Source of the DNA: an uncultured Candidatus Saccharibacteria bacterium
Lineage (GTDB): Bacteria > Patescibacteriota > Minisyncoccia > UBA6257 > WO2-44-18
Direction: 5' to 3'
NCBI GenBank assembly: GCA_964503795.1
Contig: CAZDBT010000003.1
Coordinates: forward strand, 1-63,661
Length of the DNA stretch: 63,661 nt
Shown here piece after piece: positions 34,269-43,307 of the stretch. Below the pieces are notes generated by a model, which had not been told where the DNA came from, made no database searches, and saw nothing but the letters and a program-made list of their open reading frames with translations. The position numbers were made by a program, and so were the translations under genes. The first letter of the stretch is position 1. Each line of letters opens with the position of its first letter.

Positions 34269-35591
34269 CTACTTAATTACTAATGACTTAATGACGAATA
34301 ACTGATTTTTAATTTGCGGCCAGACGTGGAGTTTTTGGATAGAGTTCATTTTGCGCCAGATCAGGAAGTTGGTGATGATCTGGGTGATCAAAGTGGAGAT
34401 GGCTGCTCCTTCAATGCCGAACATCGGGATGAGTAAAAAGTTGAATAGCACATTGCCCAAGGCGGAGACGGCAACGAATCCAATAAAGCTTTTGTGGGCG
34501 TCAAAGGCGAAAACTGCATTGCCGATAAGGGCGGAAGGATAAACGATCAGGATCGTGAATATCAGGATGCGGAAGGTGTTCACTGCCGGCAGATATTCGG
34601 TCCCGAACATCAGATGAATTATCGGGTTTGCAAAAATTATTCCCAGCAGCACTACCGGAACGGCCAACAAGATCACTCCGGCTAATGCTTTTTCCAAAAT
34701 ATTTTTTACCAGTAAAGGAGAAACCTTTGCCAACCTAGCCATCACCGGAAAGACGCTGGAGGCGAGCAGAGTAGGCAACACGTAAAGCAATTGGATCGGT
34801 TTTTGGGCCGCTGAATAATAACCGACTTCGGCGGCGGAGCGCAGCCAGCCTACCATAATTATGTCTGTGTTCAGGTTGATCGCTCCCATAATGCCGAGCA
34901 AGCCGAAGGGCCAGGCGGTCTGTAAAATGTCCCTCACTAGCTGTCTATCAAAATGGGTGAAGATGTTGCGGAAATGGTGGCGGAGGGCGTAGGCAATAGC
35001 GATCAGGCCAAGACCGCTGCCAATCGCGTAAGCCACCGCCATTGATTCGGGAGTTTTGTAGATAACCAAGAAAATTATTCCCAGGATCGTGATCGCGGCG
35101 TTAGTAAAAATATTTATGCCTGCCTCTATCTCCATTTTTTCCAGCGCGCGGCTTAAAGCCGAGCCAAGATCACGCAAAGTATCAAAGGCGAATACGAAAA
35201 TTAGGATCGGCATCAGCGCCGCCGCTTCTTTGAGATTGGTTAGATAGGGGAAGAAAACTACTGTAGCGATCACTAAGACCGAAAGCAGGAAGAGCTTAGT
35301 GAAAAAAGCCGTTGAAAGATAGCGATCTTTCAGGCCGGGATTACGTGACGCTTCTTTGGTAATGAGGGCGTTGATGCCGATATCGGAGAAGATGGTCAGG
35401 AATGCCGCTACGCCCAAGGCGTAGGAGAAAGCGCCCCAGCTGGCGGCTCCCAGAACGCGGGCGGAATAGATCACGATCACTGCCCGCAGCAGGCGGCTCA
35501 TCATCTGGCCGAAGAAGAGCCAAAAGGTGTTTTTGGCGATAGTTTGGCCGACGGTCCGATTATTAAATAACCAATCCAAGATAAAACGCAT
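34269..35591 (-). CDS. Polysaccharide flippase (Wzx, MOP superfamily)
   Basis: 440 aa, about 12-14 TM helices, typical N-terminus (TIAKNTFWLFFGQMMSRLLRAVIVIYSARVLG). Confidence 0.75.
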   Translation of the reverse strand: MRFILDWLFNNRTVGQTIAKNTFWLFFGQMMSRLLRAVIVIYSARVLGAASWGAFSYALGVAAFLTIFSDIGINALITKEASRNPGLKDRYLSTAFFTKLFLLSVLVIATVVFFPYLTNLKEAAALMPILIFVFAFDTLRDLGSALSRALEKMEIEAGINIFTNAAITILGIIFLVIYKTPESMAVAYAIGSGLGLIAIAYALRHHFRNIFTHFDRQLVRDILQTAWPFGLLGIMGAINLNTDIIMVGWLRSAAEVGYYSAAQKPIQLLYVLPTLLASSVFPVMARLAKVSPLLVKNILEKALAGVILLAVPVVLLGIIFANPIIHLMFGTEYLPAVNTFRILIFTILIVYPSALIGNAVFAFDAHKSFIGFVAVSALGNVLFNFLLIPMFGIEGAAISTLITQIITNFLIWRKMNSIQKLHVWPQIKNQLFVIKSLVIK

Positions 35592-36925
35592 TATTTAAGA
35601 TTAGTGAAAAGATACTTGATCGTTCTCAATAAAATAAAGAAATCCAGTGTTAGCGAGCGGTTTTTTAAGTAGTACATATCGTATTGAAGTTTCTCATAAG
35701 CATCTTCCACCGAGGCGCCGTATTTGTAATTGATCTGCGCCCAGCCGGTGATACCCGGACGAACCAGCAGACGAAGTTCAAAATATGGCACATCTTTTTT
35801 CAGATGAGTGACGAATTCCGGGCGTTCCGGGCGGGGGCCGACGAAAGAAAGTTCGCCACGGATGATGTTGATCAGTTGGGGAAGTTCATCAAGATGGGCG
35901 GCGCGCAGGAATTTTCCGACGGCTGTCGTGCGTTCATCGCCGGGCTTCGCCCATTGCGGGCCATTTTTTTCGGCATCGGCGCGCATTGTGCGGAACTTAT
36001 AGATCATAAATTCCTGTTCATTGCGGCCGCTGCGTTTTTGCCGGAACAAGGTCGGGCCTTTGGAAGTAATAGTTACCAGCAGGCCGATGAGGATCGCGAT
36101 AGGCAGAAGGACGATCGCTAATATCAGCGCCAGAAAGATCTCGATCGGGCGCTTAATGAACTCATAGACTTTGTGGCTCTTTGCCAGATTTTCCAGGAAC
36201 CAAACTTCCTCGAGCTCGGCCAGAGGAAGTTTTTGGAAGACTTTTTCGTAAAGTTCCGACAAGTCGAGCACTTCAATTCCCAGCACAAGGTTTTTGTAGA
36301 TCAATCTGGCGGCCTTGGAATTCTTTTTGATGTGGGCAGGAACGACGATCAGATTTACCTTGTTGCTCAAGATTATCTGCGCCAAGTGCTCGAATTCTTT
36401 ATCTTGCAGACCCTCTTTCATCCAGAACTTTACTTCATATCCCAGCTGGGGATTTTTGGCGATGTGCTCCACGACGTCTTCCACGGTTTTGTTGTAGCCG
36501 ATCATTAGGATCCGGTTTTCCGGCACACCGGCGCTTAACATTGTGTTATAGAAAGTCCGCCAGAAATAGTTGGCCAGGCCGAAAATGATCAGTACGGTAA
36601 AGAGATTGGTTTTCGGGCTGATGCCGAAGACCGGCAAGAAGTAGAATAAAATCGTGGCAATAACACCGCTGATCAGCAACAGCGATATGTATTTTTTATA
36701 AAATTCCAGGTCGTTCTTCAGACTTTTCAGATCATAAAGTCCGCCGATATAGAAAGTTACCAGCCAGATGCCGAATATGAGAGTAAATGGCCAAAAATGG
36801 GCATCTACCACTTCCCGGGAAAGTCCCTGGTAACGCACAAATAGGGTAATGGCGAGGGAGGCATACAGTATCACCAGGTCGCCCAGCAGGAGAGTGACTT
36901 GTTTCAGCTTGACACTGAAGTCCAT
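35591..36925 (-). CDS. Initiating polyprenyl-phosphate phosphoglycosyl transferase (WbaP/bacterial sugar transferase family)
   Basis: RFLRAAHLDELPQLINIIRGELSFVGPRPERPEF. N-terminal TM helices. 1-nt overlap with wzx. Confidence 0.85.
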   Translation of the reverse strand: MDFSVKLKQVTLLLGDLVILYASLAITLFVRYQGLSREVVDAHFWPFTLIFGIWLVTFYIGGLYDLKSLKNDLEFYKKYISLLLISGVIATILFYFLPVFGISPKTNLFTVLIIFGLANYFWRTFYNTMLSAGVPENRILMIGYNKTVEDVVEHIAKNPQLGYEVKFWMKEGLQDKEFEHLAQIILSNKVNLIVVPAHIKKNSKAARLIYKNLVLGIEVLDLSELYEKVFQKLPLAELEEVWFLENLAKSHKVYEFIKRPIEIFLALILAIVLLPIAILIGLLVTITSKGPTLFRQKRSGRNEQEFMIYKFRTMRADAEKNGPQWAKPGDERTTAVGKFLRAAHLDELPQLINIIRGELSFVGPRPERPEFVTHLKKDVPYFELRLLVRPGITGWAQINYKYGASVEDAYEKLQYDMYYLKNRSLTLDFFILLRTIKYLFTNLK

Positions 36926-36948
36926 ATTGCCTTTATATTATAGAAAGT

Positions 36949-37644
36949 ATGGACGATAGTCAAAAACCAGGAAGAGATATTTTGTTGCCCGGTAGCATTC
37001 TAGTGGCGGCTTTTTTGATCGCCGGGGCGGTGGTTTATAGCGTCGGCGCCCGCAATATCGCGCCCCAGCAGGCGAATGTGATCGCGACGGTTTCCAACAA
37101 GGATCTGATGGATGATGATGTAGTGCTGGGCGACCCGAACGCGCCCATAACGCTGGTAGAATTCGGAGATTATCAATGTCCTTTCTGCGGCCGCTTCTTT
37201 TCCGATGTAGAGCCGAAGTTACGAACGGAGTATATAAAAACCGGAAAGGTGAAAATGGTTTTCCGTGATTTCCCGTTCCTGGGCCAGGAGTCGGCAGACG
37301 CGGCGATGGCATCGCAATGCGCTGCGGAGCAAAAGAAGTTCTGGGAATATCATGACGGCCTTTTTACGGCCGAGATTTTGGACGGCAAAGAGCGCAGCGG
37401 TAATCTTAATGATATTTTTTTCAAATCGTTGGCTTCTTCGCTGGGTCTGGATCGCGCCCATTTTGACACCTGCCTGGCTTCTAAAAAGTATGACCAGGAG
37501 GCTCATAAAGACTATAATGACGGTATTGCGGCCGGCGTAACCGGTACTCCGACCACTTTCGTAAACGGTAAAGCGCTTTCCGGCGCCGTTCCTTACGAGC
37601 AGGTCAAGGCGGCGATAGACGACGCGTTATCCGCCCAGAAATAG
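36949..37644 (+). CDS. DsbA-family thiol:disulfide oxidoreductase, membrane-anchored
   Basis: FGDYQCPFCGRFF (CPFC active site). N-terminal TM helix. Confidence 0.8.
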   Translation: MDDSQKPGRDILLPGSILVAAFLIAGAVVYSVGARNIAPQQANVIATVSNKDLMDDDVVLGDPNAPITLVEFGDYQCPFCGRFFSDVEPKLRTEYIKTGKVKMVFRDFPFLGQESADAAMASQCAAEQKKFWEYHDGLFTAEILDGKERSGNLNDIFFKSLASSLGLDRAHFDTCLASKKYDQEAHKDYNDGIAAGVTGTPTTFVNGKALSGAVPYEQVKAAIDDALSAQK

Positions 37645-37659
37645 AACGCTCAAGTTCAA

Positions 37660-39183
37660 ATGAATATTCCCAAAGAGGTAAAATCCGTCGCCGATCAACT
37701 GGCCGCGGCGGGTCACAAGGCTTATCTGGTGGGCGGCTGCCTGCGGGATCTTTTGCTCGGGAAAAATCCAAAAGATTGGGATCTGACCACTGACGCCAAA
37801 CCGGAAGAGATCCAAAAAGTTTTCCCTGATAGCGTTTATGAAAATAAATTCGGAACGGTAGGAGTAAAGACCCGCGCCGAAGATCCAGCGATGGCTTTGG
37901 TGGAGGTGACCACTTTCCGGAAGGAGGGAAAGTATACCGACAAGCGTCATCCTGATGAGATAACTTTTGCCAAGGATATAGAAGAAGATCTTTCCCGGCG
38001 TGACTTTACTGTGAACGCTATTGCCTCTTTGGTTTCAGCTGATCAGCGTCGCGCAGAAGTTTTAGTGGATCCTTTCGGGGGCAAGGAGGATCTACTAAAT
38101 AAGGTAATTCGAGCTGTTGGTAAAGCAGGCGAGCGCTTCGAGGAGGATGCTCTGCGTTTGATGCGGGCGGTGCGTTTTTCCGCGCAGTTGGATTTCAAAA
38201 TTGAAGAGGAGACCGCCAAAGCTATCAAAGAAAAGTCCGGTCTGCTGGAATTTATCGCCAAGGAACGGATCCGCGATGAATTATGCAAGTTAATCATGAC
38301 CGAACACGCGGGTGCTGGGATTCACCGGATGGCGGAGTTGGGTTTGTTGAAGTACGTTCTGCCCGAATTGGCCGAAGGGATAGGAATGGATCAGAACCTA
38401 CATCATAAATACACAGTTTTCGAGCACAATCTGCGCGCTTTGGATTACGCGGTCGGTCAGAAATTTCCTCTGCATCTGCGATTGGCCGCTTTATTGCACG
38501 ATGTAGGCAAGCCTAGATCTCGTGGCTGGAAACCGACCCCGAAAGGAACCCGCGAAAATAAGGGAGCAAAAGGCGAATGGACCTTTTACCAACATCAGTA
38601 TATTGGCGAGAAGCTGACGGTAGAAGCTTTAGATCGGTTAAAATTCGCTAAAAAAGATATTGAACAAGTTGCTTTGCTGGTGCGCGAGCATATGTTTTCT
38701 TTTGACGCGGAGATCGGCACTGCTCGCGGCGCCCGTCGTTTTGTGAACCGGGTTGGTCAGGAAAATGTTGAAGATCTGATGAAGCTGCGGGAGTGTGACC
38801 GCATCGGATCCGGCACGGCCGTAGCGGTACCGGCGCGGTTGCGTAAGTTCAAAGCGATGATTGAGATAGCGATGAAAGATCCGATCAGCGCCAAGACCCT
38901 GAAGATCAACGGTCAAGACGTGATGAAAACTCTTAAGATTGCTCCCGGGCCGAAGGTCGGGGCGGTTTTGGCCGTGCTTTTAGAGAATGTATTGGACGAT
39001 CCCAAGCTGAACGATAAAGAGAAATTGTTGGAGGAAGCCAAGAGGCTGGGTAAGTTAGGCGACCAGGAATTGGCGGATATGCGCGCCAAAGCCCGCGAAG
39101 AGATAGAAGCGGAACAACAAAGGATTGACGAAGGCGTAATGGCCCAGTATGGTGTTAAGGGTTCGGCGAAGAAACCTAGGTAA
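37660..39183 (+). CDS. cca: CCA-adding tRNA nucleotidyltransferase with HD domain
   Basis: YLVGGCLRDLLLGKNPKDWDLTT, RRDFTVNA and LLHDVGKP (HD) motifs. Confidence 0.85.
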   Translation: MNIPKEVKSVADQLAAAGHKAYLVGGCLRDLLLGKNPKDWDLTTDAKPEEIQKVFPDSVYENKFGTVGVKTRAEDPAMALVEVTTFRKEGKYTDKRHPDEITFAKDIEEDLSRRDFTVNAIASLVSADQRRAEVLVDPFGGKEDLLNKVIRAVGKAGERFEEDALRLMRAVRFSAQLDFKIEEETAKAIKEKSGLLEFIAKERIRDELCKLIMTEHAGAGIHRMAELGLLKYVLPELAEGIGMDQNLHHKYTVFEHNLRALDYAVGQKFPLHLRLAALLHDVGKPRSRGWKPTPKGTRENKGAKGEWTFYQHQYIGEKLTVEALDRLKFAKKDIEQVALLVREHMFSFDAEIGTARGARRFVNRVGQENVEDLMKLRECDRIGSGTAVAVPARLRKFKAMIEIAMKDPISAKTLKINGQDVMKTLKIAPGPKVGAVLAVLLENVLDDPKLNDKEKLLEEAKRLGKLGDQELADMRAKAREEIEAEQQRIDEGVMAQYGVKGSAKKPR

Positions 39184-39187
39184 TCCG

Positions 39188-39258
39188 CGGGGCGTAGTAT
39201 ATCGGCAGTACACACGCTTCGGGTGCGTGAAGGCTGGGTTCGATTCCCAGCGCCCCGA
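39188..39258 (+). tRNA. tRNA-Pro(CGG): tRNA-Pro, anticodon CGG; no encoded 3' CCA
   Basis: Hand-folded cloverleaf: acceptor CGGGGCG/CGCCCCG, D arm GTAT/GTAC, anticodon arm CACGC-TTCGGGT-GCGTG, T arm CTGGG-TTCGATT-CCCAG, discriminator A followed by CAG. Confidence 0.8.
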
Positions 39259-39318
39259 CAGATTGTTTTTAGCAGAGGTTTGCGTTAAGTTATTAGCGTT
39301 CTTTGAAAGGAAGCGAGA

Positions 39319-40515
39319 ATGAAGATCAAGATTTACGACGATATCCATCGGTTGACTTTGTTGCATAGCATTTCCGATCTGGAACTTGATGAATGCGTGG
39401 ATTTCAGCGACAACCCTGAAGCTATTTTCGTGCGTTCTATGAATCTAAAGGGGATGGATCTGCCAAGATCACTCATTGCGATCGGGCGCGCCGGTTCCGG
39501 TGTGGATAATATTCCGCTTGACTGGTGTAACCGAAATGGCGTGGCGGTTTTCAATGCTCCCGGCGCTAACGCCAGAGCGGTAACGGAATTAGTTTTGGGG
39601 GCTTTAGTTGCCTCCGCCCGGCCGATCTTCCAGGCCGCCGCCGCTTTAGAGAAAGATTCCGGAAATCCGGAAGAACTCAAGAAGCGATACAAAGGCAATG
39701 AACTGGCTGGCTCAAGGATCCGAGTGATCGGTTTGGGCGCCGTCGGTTCGCAGGTTGCCAAGATGTGCGTGAATCTGGGAATGGAAGTGTTGGCTTACGA
39801 CCCATATGCAAAAAATCCCGACACTTTTGACGGCAAGATCAAGATCCTTACCAAATTTGAAGATCTTCTTGCCCCCGACAACTGGACTCGATTCATCACC
39901 CTGCACAGTTCTCTTAGCGACGATAATCGTGAAATGATCGATCAGCGCTTTTTCTCTGCCGGAGTCAGCTTGATCAATCTTGCCAGAGCCGAATTGGTAA
40001 ATGAGCGGGACCTTTTGGACGACCTCCAAACCAGCCGGGTTAGTTCCTATATTTCCGATTTTGTTCCGAAAAAGATTCCGATCGGGGAATTTCTGAAAAC
40101 TGGCCGATCAATTTTTCTGCCGCATCTCGGGGCCTCAACTTATGAAGCCGAAACCCGAGCCGTAGCCATAGTTGGAGAGCTGGTCAGCAACTTTTTCCAC
40201 TACGGCATCTGCCAGGGTTCGGTCAATTTTCCCGAAATGCCCGGAGAAAAAGCGTCGCCGGGACGACTCCGGTTCGTAGTCAGCAATTTTGATCAGCCAA
40301 AGATCATTGAGAAAGTTTCCTGCGCGATTGGCGTCGCCGGTCTGAATATCGGTGAGATGGTAAACCATAGCCGCAAAGACACCGGTTTGGCGCTCAACTA
40401 CATTGACGTTGATATGGCGGAGCCGGATGGCCGCGTGCTGGCCGCCTATGAAATTATCAAGGAAATTGAAGGGGTGACCCGGGTTCGCGTCTGCGATCCG
40501 AACTCACGCTATTAA
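39319..40515 (+). CDS. serA: D-3-phosphoglycerate dehydrogenase-like 2-hydroxyacid dehydrogenase with C-terminal ACT-like domain
   Basis: VIGLGAVGSQVAKMC (NAD site) and HLGASTYEA motifs. The C-terminal ~80 aa resemble an ACT fold (RFVVSNFDQPKIIEKVSCAIGVAGLNIGEM). Confidence 0.65.
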   Translation: MKIKIYDDIHRLTLLHSISDLELDECVDFSDNPEAIFVRSMNLKGMDLPRSLIAIGRAGSGVDNIPLDWCNRNGVAVFNAPGANARAVTELVLGALVASARPIFQAAAALEKDSGNPEELKKRYKGNELAGSRIRVIGLGAVGSQVAKMCVNLGMEVLAYDPYAKNPDTFDGKIKILTKFEDLLAPDNWTRFITLHSSLSDDNREMIDQRFFSAGVSLINLARAELVNERDLLDDLQTSRVSSYISDFVPKKIPIGEFLKTGRSIFLPHLGASTYEAETRAVAIVGELVSNFFHYGICQGSVNFPEMPGEKASPGRLRFVVSNFDQPKIIEKVSCAIGVAGLNIGEMVNHSRKDTGLALNYIDVDMAEPDGRVLAAYEIIKEIEGVTRVRVCDPNSRY

Positions 40516-40542
40516 GGCTCCCATTGTGGGAGCCTTTTTCTT
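40516..40542 (+). terminator. Rho-independent terminator of serA-like gene
   Basis: GGCTCCCA-TTG-TGGGAGCC hairpin followed by TTTTTCTT. Confidence 0.75.
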
Positions 40543-40606
40543 GCAAAAACTTTTATTTCTTGTATGCTATAGCTGGTTTCATTTACAAGAAAAAAGGAGG
40601 AGGGTT

Positions 40607-41806
40607 GTGGAGAGAAAGAAGGTGATGATCCAGGCGGAGTATATCTGGACTGATGGACAGGCCAAGAGGCCGCAGGCGGGTAACCACAACAAGATGGCGG
40701 AGCTGCGCTCCAAGACCAAGATCTTAGAGTTCTCCCAGGATGATTTGGAAAGGCGCTTTAACATTTCTGCTCTGCCAGAGTGGGGGTTTGACGGCTCCAG
40801 CACCAACCAGGCAGAGGGGAACGACAGCGATTGCGGCCTGAAGCCGGTGTTTGTTTGCCCCGATCCCATTCGCAAGGGCAACAACATTCTGGTTTATTGC
40901 GAGGTGACCGATCCTGAAGGAGCGCCTCACAACACCAACACTCGTCACCAGCTGGCGAAGCTCGCCGAGATGCACAAGGACCTCGGCGCTCTGTTTGGTA
41001 TTGAACAGGAATATTTCATGATGAGCCTTGGCGGCAAGATTCCCTATGCTTGGGAAGTATTGCGCAAGGCCTGGTGGTCGGTCGGTCGTTTTTGGAAGGG
41101 ACTGGTCGGCGAGCCGGAGGCGCAGGGCCGTTACTATTGCGGCGTGGGCGCGGATAGGATGTTCGGTCGTCCGCTCGTTGACCGTCACATGCAAGCCTGC
41201 ATTGATGCCGGCTTGAAGTTTTCAGGTATCAATCCCGAGGTGGCGCCCGGGCAGGCAGAGTTCCAGATCGGACCATTGCCAGCTCCGCTGGTGGCGGACC
41301 AAATGGAGGTCGCGCGCTGGCTGCTCCATCGCCTTGGCGAAGACTACGGGATCGTTGTTACCCTGCACCCGAAGCCGCTCGGCAAAAAGAAAGACTGGAA
41401 CGGTTCCGGGGCTCACACGAATTTCAGCACCAAGGGAACCATGGGGACCGTTGAAGATGGCGATGCCTGGGAGACCATCACCGATCTTTGTGAGGAGCTC
41501 GGGTATCACCACGAAGACTGCATTGCGGTTTACGGTCAGGACAACGACCAGCGCCTAACCGGCAAGCACGAGACCTGCAGCATTCGTCAGTTTCGCTGCG
41601 GCGTTAGCGATCGAGGCGCCTCTATTCGGATCCCGATGTCGACCGGGAAAAATCAGAAGGGCTACATTGAGGATCGCCGCCCGGCGTCCAATATGGATCC
41701 CAACGAAGTTTGCGCCGCGCTCCTTCGTGTCGCGGCCGGTCCTTGTCGCTGCTGTGGAGATCCCAAGGATCTTTGCGCGGAGAAAAAGCCGCCCGCTTCG
41801 GTCTGA
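40607..41806 (+). CDS. glnII: Glutamine synthetase type II (eukaryote-like GSII)
   Basis: AEYIWTDG, LPEWGFDGSSTNQAEG, YYCGVGAD, NPEVAPGQAEFQIGP, DWNGSGAHTNFS and SIRIP motifs. GTG 40607 lies 6 nt after GGAGG (alternative ATG 40625). GC is ~58% in sampled 60-mers. Confidence 0.85.
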   Translation: MERKKVMIQAEYIWTDGQAKRPQAGNHNKMAELRSKTKILEFSQDDLERRFNISALPEWGFDGSSTNQAEGNDSDCGLKPVFVCPDPIRKGNNILVYCEVTDPEGAPHNTNTRHQLAKLAEMHKDLGALFGIEQEYFMMSLGGKIPYAWEVLRKAWWSVGRFWKGLVGEPEAQGRYYCGVGADRMFGRPLVDRHMQACIDAGLKFSGINPEVAPGQAEFQIGPLPAPLVADQMEVARWLLHRLGEDYGIVVTLHPKPLGKKKDWNGSGAHTNFSTKGTMGTVEDGDAWETITDLCEELGYHHEDCIAVYGQDNDQRLTGKHETCSIRQFRCGVSDRGASIRIPMSTGKNQKGYIEDRRPASNMDPNEVCAALLRVAAGPCRCCGDPKDLCAEKKPPASV

Positions 41807-41818
41807 TTATTACCCACG

Positions 41819-41850
41819 AACCTCTACAGAAACGTAGAGGTTTTTTTATT
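41819..41850 (+). terminator. Rho-independent terminator
   Basis: AACCTCTAC-AGAAAC-GTAGAGGTT hairpin followed by TTTTTATTT. Confidence 0.8.
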
Positions 41851-41876
41851 TGCGAAACCGGAGCTATAATATATTC

Positions 41877-42053
41877 ATGCAGAAATGGTTAAATTGGGGA
41901 GCGGGAATTTTGGGGATCTGGTTGATCATCTCTCCATTCATTTTGGGTTATTGGCGAGTGACATCGGCATTGTGGAGTCAGGTCGTTGCTGGCGTGTTGG
42001 TTAGTTTGATCGCTCTCTGGCAAATTGTTGAAATAAAAGACAACAATGTTTAA
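41877..42053 (+). CDS. Small two-TM membrane protein (SPW-repeat-like)
   Basis: 58 aa: MQKWLNWGAGILGIWLIISPFILGYW...ALWSQVVAGVLVSLIALWQIV. Confidence 0.5.
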   Translation: MQKWLNWGAGILGIWLIISPFILGYWRVTSALWSQVVAGVLVSLIALWQIVEIKDNNV

Positions 42054-42074
42054 ATAATAAAAAAATATTCTACA

Positions 42075-42308
42075 ATGGCTAAAGTAATCATTTATTCCAC
42101 CCCGACTTGCGTCTATTGCAAGATGGCCAAGGAATTATTCAAAAAGAATGATATCGCTTACGAAGAGCGCGATGTTGCCGCGGATATGAAAGCTCGCGAG
42201 GAGATGGTTCATAAATCCGGCCAGCTGGGCGTGCCGGTGATCGATATTGATGGAAAGATAATTGTCGGATTCGATGAAGACGAGCTCAAGAAAGACCTAA
42301 ATTTATAA
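42075..42308 (+). CDS. Glutaredoxin-like protein (NrdH/YruB type)
   Basis: 77 aa. IIYSTPTCVYCKMAKELF (CxxC) and GQLGVPVIDIDG motifs. Confidence 0.8.
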   Translation: MAKVIIYSTPTCVYCKMAKELFKKNDIAYEERDVAADMKAREEMVHKSGQLGVPVIDIDGKIIVGFDEDELKKDLNL

Positions 42309-42309
42309 A

Positions 42310-43251
42310 ATGTTATACGATCTGGTAATTATCGGCGGTGGTCCCGGGGGGATTGCCGCAGGGGTTTATGCGGCCCGCAAAAAAATTAAGTCCGCCATTA
42401 TAGCGGATGATTTTGGCGGCGCTTCGAAAGTCTCCGCTGATGTTCAAAATTGGATCGGCACAAGATCCATTTCCGGCTATGAATGGGCGAAAGATATGGA
42501 AGGGCATCTGCGCGCCCAGGAGGGGATCGAAATTATCAAGCCGGATCTGGTGGAAAAGGTAGAAAAACTTGCAGAGGGTTTTCTGATTACCACCAAGAAA
42601 GGTCAGAAGCTGGAAACCAAAACTGTCTTGGTGACCACCGGCAGCGCCAGGAAAAAACTGGGCATTCCCGGCGAAAAAGAATACGACGGCAAGGGAGTGG
42701 TCTATTGTTCCACTTGCGACGCACCGATCTTCCAAAACAAGGTAGTGGCGATAGTGGGTGGCGGCAACGCCGGCTTGGAGGCGGTAATGGACGCCCTGCC
42801 CTATGCCTCCAAAATATATTTATTGGATCACAACGAAACATTGAAGGGCGATATGGTAACCCAGGAGAAGATCAAAGCCAGTCCCAAAGTAGAAATTATA
42901 TTGAGAACAGAACCGATAGAAATTTTAGGTGATAAATTTGTCACCGGGATGATATATAAAGATGGAGCCGGTGAAGCGAAGGAGTTGAAATTGGAAGGTG
43001 TGTTCGTGGAGATCGGCTCTTATCCCAATGTGTCTTTCGTGAAAGATCTGGTCCGGACCAACGAGTTTGGTGAAATTGTGGTTGACCATAAGACGCAAGC
43101 GACCTCCCAGCCCGGTATCTGGGCCGCCGGGGATGTTAGCGACGTGTTGTACAAACAAAATAATATTTCCGCCGGCGACGCGATCAAAGCGCTATTGAAC
43201 ATCGTGGATCATTTGAACAAAGAGATCACGCATCGGGAATACACCAAGTAA
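42310..43251 (+). CDS. trxB: Thioredoxin-disulfide reductase
   Basis: VIIGGGPGGIAAGVYAAR, redox CSTC (YCSTCDAPIF), VVAIVGGGNAGLEA and AAGDVSD motifs. Confidence 0.85.
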   Translation: MLYDLVIIGGGPGGIAAGVYAARKKIKSAIIADDFGGASKVSADVQNWIGTRSISGYEWAKDMEGHLRAQEGIEIIKPDLVEKVEKLAEGFLITTKKGQKLETKTVLVTTGSARKKLGIPGEKEYDGKGVVYCSTCDAPIFQNKVVAIVGGGNAGLEAVMDALPYASKIYLLDHNETLKGDMVTQEKIKASPKVEIILRTEPIEILGDKFVTGMIYKDGAGEAKELKLEGVFVEIGSYPNVSFVKDLVRTNEFGEIVVDHKTQATSQPGIWAAGDVSDVLYKQNNISAGDAIKALLNIVDHLNKEITHREYTK

Positions 43252-43307
43252 TGCAATGGCGATATTTATCCACAGGCCGGATAGATTTGACTTGATATAC
43301 TTATAAT

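Noticed and set aside
34269-34290. 17-18-nt similarity between the wzx 3' end (GTCATTAAGTCATTAGTAATTAAG on the minus strand) and the EamA-neuB spacer (AGTCATTTAGTAATTAAG)
   Set aside because: The match is short, AT-rich, has an indel and has no flanking similarity. It is most simply explained by chance in AT-rich sequence.
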